From contig JAISAW010000065.1 of the NCBI GenBank assembly GCA_031266515.1, positions 1 through 54,519 on the forward strand: DNA of 54,519 nucleotides, in the 5' to 3' direction. Source of the stretch: Eubacteriales Family XIII. Incertae Sedis bacterium. GTDB lineage: Bacteria > Bacillota > Clostridia > Peptostreptococcales > Anaerovoracaceae. Position numbers and translations under genes: made by a program. Shown here piece by piece: positions 18,062 through 27,455 of the stretch (positions are counted from its first letter, which is position 1; each line of letters starts with the position of its first letter). The notes under the pieces are model-generated. The model saw only the letters and a list, made by a program, of their open reading frames with translations, was not told where the DNA came from and searched no databases.

Positions 18062-21012
18062 CCTAGCGTCCCTTCAATCGCCTTCAGCTCATATTCCTTT
18101 AACAGTATCTTTGATGTGAAATCGCGCTTTGCGGTCTTCACGCCGGCACCGGCCATGACTGCCCCGTCCTCGTCTGTCCTGTAGGTGATTATATCTTTTT
18201 CGGAAAGTTTGACAAGCGTTTCGGGCGTGGGGTGCCCATACGTGTTGCTCGCGCCGACCTGTATCACAGCCAGTACGGGGCCTACGGCTTCGAGGAAATT
18301 TTCGGAGGTCGAATACTTGCTGCCATGGTGGCCGACCTTCAGTATATCGGCGGATATGTCGCCGCCTTTAGAGATGAGCGCATCCTCTGCGGGAAACCCG
18401 ACATCGCCGGTCATGAGGGCGCTGATGCCCTCACAGTTGAAGCGCATGATAAGGCTTATCAGGTTTTCGTCAACTTCCTCTTTTTTCGCCGCCGCCCCGG
18501 AAGCGCCTTCGCCTTCATCCATCCGTTCCGGGAAAAGTATCTCAGCGGATGCGTCTCTGCCCATGACGACCACGTCGCCGGATGAGACGGGGATGATTTC
18601 GGCCTCTTTAAGCGACCCCGAAAAAAGCAGGGCCGCTTCCCCGGCACTTTCTTCAAATACGTAAATGGGCCCTGTATCCATCAGGGCTGCAAGCTGTATC
18701 AGGCCGCCGACATGGTCTTCGTGCAAATGAGAGACGAAGATCCCGTCGAGCGAAGTCACGCCGTTTTTCAGCAGGTAGGGGCGCAGGACTTTCGCACCCA
18801 TATCAAAATCCTTCTTCCCGCCGCCATCCACCAGGTAGTTTCGCCCGTCAGGGGTCCGCAGGTGCAGGCAATCGCCCTGGCCTACGTCGACGAAGGTATA
18901 GATGGCGTCGCTCTGCCGCATTGAGGGGTTTGAAGCGAGCGCAAGGCAAATGCAGGCGAGGCCGATGCATGAGAAAGCCAACTGCCGCTTTGCGGGGATG
19001 CCTGGCGATTTTGCCTTATTGTTTTTCTCTTGCACCTTTTTCCTGCTCTTCTCTCTGGATTTTTCGCTGCCGCTGTACTTGCACCTGTCGTCATCCCTGT
19101 CATTGCCCGTGTTGCTGTTCTTGCCCTTTGCTTTCGCCTTCGCCTTTGCATCGCGCAGCCTTGCCATGGTGATGAGAAAGGATTCAGAAGCCAGGTAGCA
19201 GCCGAGCAGGTAGAAGAGGAAGACAAAAAATACCGGAGGGGCCGGGGAGTTGAAATCGGAAAATGGCAGTGAGGCTGTGGCGGACGTAAGGCGGAGCATC
19301 AGCCCGATAAGCAGTTCGCAGGCTTCAAGAAATATATTGATAAAAAACGCAGCGAGATCCGGCACTGCCCCGTGCGCGGGAGAGCCTGCGAGAGCCGGCA
19401 ACAGCAATGCCACGCCGCTTCCTGCCGCGAGGATGAGCAGGGCGCAGATGCCGAGTGGCACTATGACCGACGCGAGGGCTATCACAGGTATGTTCAGCAG
19501 CACTGCTGTCGGCGAGAAATAGCAAAAGAGAAACGCGGTGATCGGCGCCATTGTCAACTGGATGACCGTTGCGGGGATGAAAAATGCCGCGATTGCTGCG
19601 AAAACCCTCTTTGGGCGGCTGATATGGTAGATATCCGACATCTCGTCATTCTTTATTTTCACGAGGCTGTTTTTGTCAGTGATGCCTGTGAACCGCATTG
19701 TGAAAGGCAGCGCGAACGAAAGGGATATGACGGCGGTATAAGACAGCAAAAACCCGGAGGAAAAGAGCTGAAGCGGGTTTATGAGCAGGATGGTGAACGC
19801 GGACAGGGCTATCCCCGTGAGAGGGTCGTACCGTTTTCGCAGCAGGCGGCTGAATATGTGCGTGGAGATCATAAGGGAAGCCCTGACCACCGACGGCGCG
19901 AATTCGGACATGGCGGCATACGCGAGGAGGACGGCGAGGATGAGCACATACACGCCTGTCGTCTTCCTGTTGCCGAGCAGCCTGTATACGAAAGCGTAGA
20001 CCATGCCCACGTGCAGGCCGCTGACGCAGAGGATGTGTGCGACGCCGTTTCTCTGAAACATCGAATAGAGGTCGTCGCTCATCCCGCTTTTGTCCCCGAA
20101 CATCATTCCCGAAAACAGCGCGGCCTGCTCAGGAGGCAAGCGCCCATAAGCCAGGGAAAGCAGGTATTCCTTCAGGCGTGAAAGCGCGGCGTAGGCACTG
20201 TAGGCGGATTCGGTGAAGCCTGACAGAAAGGATGTATCCGCATACGAAGATATTTCAGGAGGGGAGTCGGCCGTCACTATGACCCGGACGTTTTTTGACA
20301 GCAGGTACAGGCGGTAGTTGAAGAGCCCTGGATTCCCCGCATTTTGAGGGTAGCTCAGCTCGCCCCGGAAGACGACGCGCTTGCCGACGAGATCACCGCC
20401 GTCGGGGATGGGTGCATGATAGTCTGTCGATGCGCCTTCGGCACTTGAAGAGGCGGACGCATTGCCGGACGCGATGTCGCTACTGTCGCCATATTCCCAA
20501 AAGTTGCGTTTTTTCGAGTAGTCCCTGACCAGATATTTGCTTCCGCCGGAGAGTATCAGATAGTCCACGCGCCCGTCCTTCGACGACGCGCTGAAGACCC
20601 GCCCTTCGGTTTCCGGCAGGGTCCCTTCGCCTTCGGCCATGAGGCTGTCGAAAGGATCCTTCTGCGTGAAGGCGTTGTGGGCGGAAAAAACGCCGAAAAA
20701 GAAGGACACCGCGACAAGAAACGCGAAAATGAGCGAGGACGCATTCCCATCAGACGCTACGGTATCCCGTCGATGAGGGCTGGTTTGCCGGCCCCGAAGG
20801 GCATTTCCATCAGAATGAGGCACTGCGGCATTGCCCCTCAGGAGCGCCAGGCACAGGGACACCGCCGAAACAGTGAGAAACAGCAGGACGGCGGGCCTAC
20901 CCGGCGACAGCGCGTAGCAGAGCGCTATGCCCAGGGCATACGAAGAGACGGTGAATACGAGTGGCCTCCTCGGCGGAGATATGATTTCGGAAATAAATGC
21001 AAACATATCCAT
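18058..21012 (-). CDS. comEC: DNA internalisation competence protein ComEC/Rec2
   Basis: A multi-TM competence domain is followed by a C-terminal metallo-beta-lactamase domain (SHLHEDHVGG, KVGHHGS). Confidence 0.92.
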   Translation of the reverse strand: MDMFAFISEIISPPRRPLVFTVSSYALGIALCYALSPGRPAVLLFLTVSAVSLCLALLRGNAAVPHSDGNALRGRQTSPHRRDTVASDGNASSLIFAFLVAVSFFFGVFSAHNAFTQKDPFDSLMAEGEGTLPETEGRVFSASSKDGRVDYLILSGGSKYLVRDYSKKRNFWEYGDSSDIASGNASASSSAEGASTDYHAPIPDGGDLVGKRVVFRGELSYPQNAGNPGLFNYRLYLLSKNVRVIVTADSPPEISSYADTSFLSGFTESAYSAYAALSRLKEYLLSLAYGRLPPEQAALFSGMMFGDKSGMSDDLYSMFQRNGVAHILCVSGLHVGMVYAFVYRLLGNRKTTGVYVLILAVLLAYAAMSEFAPSVVRASLMISTHIFSRLLRKRYDPLTGIALSAFTILLINPLQLFSSGFLLSYTAVISLSFALPFTMRFTGITDKNSLVKIKNDEMSDIYHISRPKRVFAAIAAFFIPATVIQLTMAPITAFLFCYFSPTAVLLNIPVIALASVIVPLGICALLILAAGSGVALLLPALAGSPAHGAVPDLAAFFINIFLEACELLIGLMLRLTSATASLPFSDFNSPAPPVFFVFLFYLLGCYLASESFLITMARLRDAKAKAKAKGKNSNTGNDRDDDRCKYSGSEKSREKSRKKVQEKNNKAKSPGIPAKRQLAFSCIGLACICLALASNPSMRQSDAIYTFVDVGQGDCLHLRTPDGRNYLVDGGGKKDFDMGAKVLRPYLLKNGVTSLDGIFVSHLHEDHVGGLIQLAALMDTGPIYVFEESAGEAALLFSGSLKEAEIIPVSSGDVVVMGRDASAEILFPERMDEGEGASGAAAKKEEVDENLISLIMRFNCEGISALMTGDVGFPAEDALISKGGDISADILKVGHHGSKYSTSENFLEAVGPVLAVIQVGASNTYGHPTPETLVKLSEKDIITYRTDEDGAVMAGAGVKTAKRDFTSKILLKEYELKAIEGTLG

Positions 21013-21098
21013 ATTATACCATTAATTGGAAAAAATATGGGAATAAACTTGTGCTAAAATAACCCTGCTTACATTTTCTACAGGAGGCGACAGAGTAC

Positions 21099-22703
21099 AT
21101 GGAACAGGGCAGGCTGAAAAAAGGGCAGAAGGGCGCGCGCAGGTATCACATCATCACGCTCGGATGCCAGATGAACGAAAGGGATTCGGAGACGGTGGCA
21201 GGGCTGATCGAAGGGACTGGCTACGTCAGGGCGAAGGACAGGGACGAAGCAGATATCATCGTCGTCAACACGTGCAGTGTCAGGGACAACGCAGACCAAA
21301 AGTTTTTCGGGATCCTCGGGCAGATAAAAAAACTGAAAGAAAAAAATCCGGATCTGATCACGGCTGTGTGCGGCTGCATGATGCAGCAGGTACACGTACG
21401 CGAGCGCATCGCCGAAAAATTCGCCTGGGTCGATATTATCTTCGGCCCCATGAGCATCCATAAATTTCCCGAGCTGGTCGAGATGGCCCATGGCCGCAAA
21501 AGCGCCGGGAAGATAGCGTCTCCAGGAAAAAATTACGCTGCGAAAACCGTAAATCCCGCAGAGAGAGATGGGAATGCCGCTGCAAAATCCGCGAAGATTG
21601 CAGCAAAAGACGCAAATGCCGCAAATGCCGCTGCAAAAGACGTGAAGGCCGCAGGGAAAGGCGTGAAGGCCGGTGGAGGCATCGTGCTGACCGACGTGGC
21701 GGAGTCCATGGGCGATCCCGTGGAAGGGCTGCCTGCGATACGCGAGTTTCGCCACAAGGCTTTTGTAAACATCATGTATGGCTGCAATAATTTTTGTTCA
21801 TATTGTATAGTCCCATACACGAGAGGGCGCGAGGTGTCCAGAGCGCCCGGGAGGATAATAGAAGAGGTCCGTGGCCTTGCGGAAAACGGCACGAAGGAGG
21901 TGACTTTGCTCGGGCAAAATGTCAACTCGTATGCGGGGTTTGCCCTTGATGAAGAATCGCGGTCTGAGGGAGGAGTGGACGATACAGGCGGCAAGCCGGT
22001 CGATCTGGCAGCCTTGGTCCTCAGGCTTGAAGGGATCGGGCCGCTTGCGCGCATACGCTTCATGACGCCTCATCCCAAAGATCTCTCCGACAGCCTGATA
22101 GGCCTGTACGCGCGCAGGGGGAAAAAGCTCTGTCCCGGCATCCACCTGCCGGTCCAGTCGGGCAGCAGCAGGGTTCTTGGACTGATGAACCGGCAATATG
22201 ACAAAGCGTCTTACTTGAAGCTCATCGGGAAGCTCAGGGAAGCCGACCCGGACATCGTCATAAGCACCGACCTCATAGTGGGGTTTCCCGGCGAGACGGA
22301 GGAAGATTTCGAAGAGACGATGGATCTTATCGAAAGGGTACGCTACGACAGCGCGTTCACTTTCATATTTTCCCCGCGCAGGGGCACGCCGGCTGCGTCA
22401 ATGGACGGGCAGATCCCCGATGAAGTGAAACACCGGAGGTTTGACCGCATGGTGAAAAGGCTCAACGCCATCACCCTTGAAAAAAACAAGGCCTTCATTG
22501 GCGAGGCCTTCGAGGTATTGATAGACGGGTTTTCAAAAAACGACGACCATGTGCTGTCCGGGCGCACCCCTGGAGGGAAGCTCGTGAACTTCGCCGTGCC
22601 CGAAACCCTGACTGTACCAGAGCGGAAAGCCCTCACAGGCGAGCTACGCGAAGTCCGGGTCACCGATGTGAACACCTTCAGCTTCAAAGGCGAGCTGGTC
22701 TGA
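21099..22703 (+). CDS. miaB: tRNA-2-methylthio-N6-dimethylallyladenosine synthase MiaB
   Basis: The MTTase N-domain has ITLGCQMNERDSE, the radical-SAM motif is CNNFCSYCIVP, and a TRAM domain forms the C-terminus. An Ala/Lys-rich insert separates the first two domains. Confidence 0.92.
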   Translation: MEQGRLKKGQKGARRYHIITLGCQMNERDSETVAGLIEGTGYVRAKDRDEADIIVVNTCSVRDNADQKFFGILGQIKKLKEKNPDLITAVCGCMMQQVHVRERIAEKFAWVDIIFGPMSIHKFPELVEMAHGRKSAGKIASPGKNYAAKTVNPAERDGNAAAKSAKIAAKDANAANAAAKDVKAAGKGVKAGGGIVLTDVAESMGDPVEGLPAIREFRHKAFVNIMYGCNNFCSYCIVPYTRGREVSRAPGRIIEEVRGLAENGTKEVTLLGQNVNSYAGFALDEESRSEGGVDDTGGKPVDLAALVLRLEGIGPLARIRFMTPHPKDLSDSLIGLYARRGKKLCPGIHLPVQSGSSRVLGLMNRQYDKASYLKLIGKLREADPDIVISTDLIVGFPGETEEDFEETMDLIERVRYDSAFTFIFSPRRGTPAASMDGQIPDEVKHRRFDRMVKRLNAITLEKNKAFIGEAFEVLIDGFSKNDDHVLSGRTPGGKLVNFAVPETLTVPERKALTGELREVRVTDVNTFSFKGELV

Positions 22704-22738
22704 GTGAATTTAAGCTTTATTACCCCTTATACCTTATT

Positions 22739-24511
22739 TCATATCCGCCGGGTATTTTGCCTCAGCCACAGCTCTTCGCTATCGCAGAGCCGCGGGGACA
22801 GCTTCTCATAGACCCTGGCGTGATAGTCATTGAGCCATGCTTTTTCCTGCTCCGTCAACAAATCGATGTCTATGCCTTTCAAGCTGATTGGGCACAAAGT
22901 CATCGTCTCAAACCTCATGAACTGCCCGAATTCGGTAAGCTCATCCTCGACGGCCATGACGATGTTTTCTGTCCTGACTCCATGTTTGCCCGCTCTGTAC
23001 AGGCCGGGTTCAATTGTGACGGCCATGCCTTGCTCCAGCCGGACCTTGCCGTATGCCTGGCTTATGCCCTGTGGCCCCTCATGGACACTGAGGAAGAAGC
23101 CGACCCCGTGGCCTGTCCCATGCGCGTAGTCAAGCCCCGCGTCCCACAGCGGTTTTCTGGCGATACCGTCAAGCGCGGCTCCAGTCGAGCCGTATATGAA
23201 TTTTGCCGAAGACAGCGCGATCAACGCTTTCAGGACCATGGTATAGTCATGCTTTTCCTCTTCGCTCACATCGTCAAATACCACCGTCCTCGTTATGTCC
23301 GTAGTCCCATTCAGGTATTGCCCGCCCGAATCCACGACCATCAAGCCTTTGTTTTCGAGCACGTATCGGCTGTCCCTGGTCGCCGAGTAATGGATGATGG
23401 CGCCGTGGTCCCCGTAGCCTGCGATAGTCGAGAAACTCTCGCCCATATTGTGCTCCTGGCACCCCCTGAACTCCCTCAGCTTATCCGCAACGTCAAGCTC
23501 CGTTATTTTTTCTTTCCCGATGGTTTGTTCAATCCAGTGCAGGAACCCGGCCATCGCTATGCCGTCGCTGATATGGCAGTCCCTCAGGTTTGCTGTCTCG
23601 ACGTCATTTTTTACCGCTTTCAGGCGAGAGGTTATTTCCGCTGTCTCTTCCTTTTCGCAATCGGGATTGATGGCATCGTAGAGCCTGCAGTTGATCTTTT
23701 TTGGGTCAAACAATATTTTTTCTTTGCCCAATGAAGAAAGCTTTTGCTCGATCTCTTCATAGCCCGCTGTCTTGATGCCGTTTTGCGACAGCTCGGCTTT
23801 CACCGTATCGGATAGTTTCCTGCTGTCTATGAAAATGGTGGCTTCGTCCATTGAAATGAAGGCATAGCATGTGGCGACCGGGACAAACTTTATATCGTTT
23901 CCGCGTATATTGCAGAGCCAGGCGATATCGTCCAGGCTGCCGATGACATAGCAATCGGCACCTGCCTTCGCCATCTCACCCCTTACTTTGCCGAGCTTGC
24001 CAGCCGCCGACAGTCCGGCAAAAATTCTGTCATGCACGAAAACCGGCTCACATGGCACCGCCGGCCTGTCTTCCCAGATTTCCGATATCAGGTCGCAGCT
24101 GTGGTTGATTTCTATTTTTTTCAGGCGAAACCTGCTCTTAAGGGTTTTGAAGGCTGACACGGAAAACACGCCGCCGTCATACCCCACATAGTCGCCGCTA
24201 TCCAGCACTCTTTCAAGCCAGTCCTCGAATGAGGGGGTACCTGGGTTTCCCATTTTGAAAAGCTTGATATCCGAGCCTGCGAGCTGCTCTTCGGCCTGCA
24301 GGAAATACCTGCCGTCAGTCCACAGCCCACATTCACTTTGCGTCACCACTAAAGTGCCGTTCGATCCCGTAAAGCCCGAAATCCAATGGCGTACCTTCCA
24401 GTGGCCGGCGACATATTCGCTTATATGCGGGTCGCTGCTCGTGACTATATAGGATTGAAAGTTTTCTCTCGCCATCAGCTCCCGGAGCCTGGCTATTTTT
24501 TCATTCGTATC
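22739..24511 (-). CDS. Xaa-Pro aminopeptidase (M24B family, creatinase-like N-domain)
   Basis: HGTGHGVGFFLSVHEGP and TIEPG provide the metal ligands. The start is taken at MDTNEKIARLRELM (24511); the ORF track extends to 24574. Confidence 0.9.
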   Translation of the reverse strand, partial: DTNEKIARLRELMARENFQSYIVTSSDPHISEYVAGHWKVRHWISGFTGSNGTLVVTQSECGLWTDGRYFLQAEEQLAGSDIKLFKMGNPGTPSFEDWLERVLDSGDYVGYDGGVFSVSAFKTLKSRFRLKKIEINHSCDLISEIWEDRPAVPCEPVFVHDRIFAGLSAAGKLGKVRGEMAKAGADCYVIGSLDDIAWLCNIRGNDIKFVPVATCYAFISMDEATIFIDSRKLSDTVKAELSQNGIKTAGYEEIEQKLSSLGKEKILFDPKKINCRLYDAINPDCEKEETAEITSRLKAVKNDVETANLRDCHISDGIAMAGFLHWIEQTIGKEKITELDVADKLREFRGCQEHNMGESFSTIAGYGDHGAIIHYSATRDSRYVLENKGLMVVDSGGQYLNGTTDITRTVVFDDVSEEEKHDYTMVLKALIALSSAKFIYGSTGAALDGIARKPLWDAGLDYAHGTGHGVGFFLSVHEGPQGISQAYGKVRLEQGMAVTIEPGLYRAGKHGVRTENIVMAVEDELTEFGQFMRFETMTLCPISLKGIDIDLLTEQEKAWLNDYHARVYEKLSPRLCDSEELWLRQNTRRI

Positions 24512-24625
24512 CATACTTTCCCCGGAGGGTTTTCGCTTTCGCTTCCTTACATTCGCCGCGCATCCGCCCCTCACTCCACGCTGAGAGCCCTCTCCGCAAA
24601 CTCCGCTACACGCCTTTCAGGTCAT

Positions 24626-25147
24626 TCATTCTTCATCTCCCAAATCTGCCAAATCCCTCGAATCCCCGGAATCCCCCAAAAATTCTTCGACCTCATCGGC
24701 TATCAGTTCAGGCTTTGTGGTAGAAGCAAAGCGGTCTACCACTTCCCCTTTTCTGTTTATCAGGAATTTTGTGAAGTTCCATTTGATCCGGCTGCCGAGC
24801 GCCCCGCCTCTGCGCGCCTTCAAAAATGTGTACAGCGGACTTTCGTTTTCCCCGTTCACGTCAATTTTCGCGAACTGCCGGAATGTCACCCCGAACCGGG
24901 TCTCGCAGAAACTTTTGATCTCCTCCTCTGTGCCCGGTGCCTGGTGCCCGAACTGGTTGCAGGGGAAGTCGAGGATTTCAAACCCTCTGTCCCTGAAGCG
25001 TTCGTACAGTTCTTGAAGGGCGCCGTACTGCGGAGTGAATCCGCACTCGGTGGCGGTGTTGACTATCAACAGGACTTTCCCGGCGAATTCGGACATGGAG
25101 ACTTCTTTGCCGTCCATGTCTTTGACGGTGATTTCATACAGGTTCAT
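24626..25147 (-). CDS. Glutathione peroxidase (Cys-type)
   Basis: NTATECGFTPQY, FPCNQFG and KWNFTKFL are present. The active-site residue is encoded by TGC (Cys), not TGA. Confidence 0.93.
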   Translation of the reverse strand: MNLYEITVKDMDGKEVSMSEFAGKVLLIVNTATECGFTPQYGALQELYERFRDRGFEILDFPCNQFGHQAPGTEEEIKSFCETRFGVTFRQFAKIDVNGENESPLYTFLKARRGGALGSRIKWNFTKFLINRKGEVVDRFASTTKPELIADEVEEFLGDSGDSRDLADLGDEE

Positions 25148-25411
25148 GTTCGTTCTCCTTCACAATCGAAAATCTGAAGCACATAATCAAATGCGTCGCA
25201 ATCCAACCATTATATTCCGCACGGGTGGATTTGTTAAGCGTTTCGTCGTATATGTGAACTCTTTCTCCCAAAAACCTCCTTACTCGCCACATATATTGTG
25301 TAAGAACACACGTACCCCACAATATTGTGGCTATACTTCTACCTTGTTTCATTCATTTAACAAAAAGGCCGGAATTCAAAGGGGGCATTTAGTTATTTTT
25401 TGCTAAAAATC

Positions 25412-25444
25412 TTGCTATTTAGGGGAAATATGGGTATTGTAGGG
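25412..25444 (+). promoter_or_regulatory. Candidate Pmra promoter overlapped by three phased [A/T]GGG repeats (MraZ-box-like)
   Basis: AGGGG (25421), TGGGT (25431) and AGGGG (25441) are spaced exactly 10 bp apart. TTGCTA (25412-17), 17 nt, TATTGT (25435-40). The site is about 100 nt upstream of mraZ. Confidence 0.45.
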
Positions 25445-25540
25445 GATATCTTGATAGCGGAGAAAACGGATCTGCCGTTTTTGTGCTAAAGGTGTGGGAG
25501 ATGTGCAGGAAGGCCAGATAGATCGGCGAAGGTATCAGAC

Positions 25541-25984
25541 GTGTTTTCAGGTAACCATTCGAACAACATAGACGACCAAAACAGAGTCATCATTCCGGTC
25601 AAACAAAGGCAGGAACTCGGTGAGCGCGTCATCGTCACGCGCGGCGTCGACCGGTGCCTGAACATATTCACGCCTGAAGCGTGGGACGATTATCGGGCAG
25701 AGTATATCGAGAACAACAGGAAGTCGAAAAAGGACGTGAGGCGCCTCGTCAGATTTCTCGTAGGCTATTCGCATGAGCTCACCATAGACCGCCAGGGGAG
25801 GATCAACATCCCGCAGGACCTCATTGACTATGCGGGGTTCGAAAAGGAAGTCCTGTTCGTCGGCTGCATTGACTTCATTGAGCTGTGGAGCAAGCAGATA
25901 TGGGATGAGGAAATGGACCCCTCGTCGTTTGACCCCGACGAACTGATGGAATCGCTGGAGACGGCGAATGCCACGGAGAAATAA
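25541..25984 (+). CDS. mraZ: Transcriptional regulator MraZ
   Basis: MFSGNHSNNIDDQNRVIIPVKQRQEL belongs to duplicated SpoVT/AbrB-like halves, and the gene is first in the dcw cluster. Confidence 0.93.
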   Translation: MFSGNHSNNIDDQNRVIIPVKQRQELGERVIVTRGVDRCLNIFTPEAWDDYRAEYIENNRKSKKDVRRLVRFLVGYSHELTIDRQGRINIPQDLIDYAGFEKEVLFVGCIDFIELWSKQIWDEEMDPSSFDPDELMESLETANATEK

Positions 25985-26925
25985 TGGATTTCGTCCATGC
26001 CCCCGTCCTCCTGAAGGAGACGATAGAAGGGCTTTCCCTGAAGCCGGGCCAGGCCTGCGCAGATGGGACGCTCGGAGGCGGAGGGCACGCTGAGGAGATT
26101 TGCAAAGCGATAGGCGAAGACGGGCTTCTCATAGGCGTCGATCTCGACGAAGAAGCCATCGCAGCCGCAAAGCGGAAGCTCGAAAAGTACGGGTGCCACA
26201 AGATATTTGAAAACACCAACTATCGGGACATCCCGAAGGTGATGAAAGAGAGCGGCATTCGCGGCCTGAACGCAGCGTTGCTCGACCTGGGGGTTTCATC
26301 AAAACAGCTTGACGACCCCGGCCGAGGCTTTTCTTATATGAACGATGGGCCGCTCGACATGAGGATGGACGGTGGCGTGAATGACGGGCTTACGGCAAAG
26401 GACGTCGTAAACGGATACAGTGAAGAAGAGCTTGCGAGGATAATAGCTTTGTATGGCGAGGAGCGTTGGGCGAAAAGGATCGCAAAATTCATCGCTTCAG
26501 AGCGGGAAAAGAAGACGATCGGGACGACGGGCGAACTTACCGAAGTCATTAAAAAGGCTATACCTGCGGCGGCAAGAAGGGACGGGCCTCATCCGGCAAA
26601 AAGGACCTTCCAGGCCATAAGGATAGAAGTGAACGGAGAGCTGGGCTCTCTTACGGAAGCCCTGGATGCGGTCATCGATGTGCTTTTTCCCTTGGGAAGG
26701 CTTGCGGTCATCACCTTCCACTCGCTGGAAGACCGTATCGTGAAAGAGGCGTTTCGCAAAAGGGAAGACCCCTGCGAATGCCCGAAAAGCATCCCGCAGT
26801 GCGTCTGCGGCAAAGTGCCCGACGCGAGAAGGGTGACACGAAAACCGATAATCCCCGCCCCGGATGAAGTGGAAGCAAACCCGAGGGCGAGAAGCGCGAA
26901 ACTGAGGATAATAGAAAAACTGTAA
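25984..26925 (+). CDS. rsmH: 16S rRNA (cytosine1402-N4)-methyltransferase
   Basis: DGTLGGGGHAEEI, LDLGVSS and FHSLEDRIVK are present. Confidence 0.95.
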   Translation: MDFVHAPVLLKETIEGLSLKPGQACADGTLGGGGHAEEICKAIGEDGLLIGVDLDEEAIAAAKRKLEKYGCHKIFENTNYRDIPKVMKESGIRGLNAALLDLGVSSKQLDDPGRGFSYMNDGPLDMRMDGGVNDGLTAKDVVNGYSEEELARIIALYGEERWAKRIAKFIASEREKKTIGTTGELTEVIKKAIPAAARRDGPHPAKRTFQAIRIEVNGELGSLTEALDAVIDVLFPLGRLAVITFHSLEDRIVKEAFRKREDPCECPKSIPQCVCGKVPDARRVTRKPIIPAPDEVEANPRARSAKLRIIEKL

Positions 26926-26954
26926 GCGAAAGACAGGAGTGAAAGGACAGGGCA

Positions 26955-27455
26955 TTGGCAAGGGCAGCGGCAAGAGTAAATACGGCGACGCCGTCACCGG
27001 GATACAGGCGACCCGCAAGGACGCCTGTCTATGCTGCGCCCGCACCTGCGCCCGCTCCCGCCGGAAGGGTCCAAAGAGGGGCGGCCCTGCCTTCGCGCCG
27101 CACGGCCCGCAGGCCCGCAGAGATCACAGCAAAACAATTCCGCGCAGCAGTCGCCATCGTAGTGCTGGCTGGCGCGTTGGCACTGGTCTATATTTTTCTT
27201 GCCGCACAGGAAGCCGTCGTCCAGAAGGAGATAAACGATCTCGAATACCAGATAGCTCAAATTGACGAAGAGATAGTCGGAGTACAGGTCGGCGTCGAGC
27301 AAGGGCAAAATATCCAGCTGGTAAGGCAGAAAGCCCGAGACGAACTCGGCATGAGCGACCCCGCGCTCGAACAAAATATCTATGTGAATGAGATAGTTGT
27401 GCCCGAAGAAGGGGTTGCCCGGATGATAAAAGATGCGGCTTATGGAACGAGTTAA
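26955..27455 (+). CDS. ftsL: Cell division protein FtsL-like (single TM plus coiled coil) with a Pro/Ala/Arg-rich N-terminus
   Basis: It lies between rsmH and the class B PBP. It has a TM segment AVAIVVLAGALALVYIFLA followed by a coiled coil, QKEINDLEYQIAQIDEE. Confidence 0.75.
   Translation: MARAAARVNTATPSPGYRRPARTPVYAAPAPAPAPAGRVQRGAALPSRRTARRPAEITAKQFRAAVAIVVLAGALALVYIFLAAQEAVVQKEINDLEYQIAQIDEEIVGVQVGVEQGQNIQLVRQKARDELGMSDPALEQNIYVNEIVVPEEGVARMIKDAAYGTS

Noticed and set aside
25000-25060. Selenocysteine recoding in the glutathione peroxidase
   Set aside because: The active-site codon in NTATECGF is TGC (Cys), not an in-frame TGA, and no SECIS element is needed.
25288-25330. Genuine NrdR boxes
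   Set aside because: The palindromes are shorter than the 16-bp NrdR-box consensus (acaCwAtATaTwGtgt) and are not next to ribonucleotide reductase genes. They are kept only as unassigned operators.
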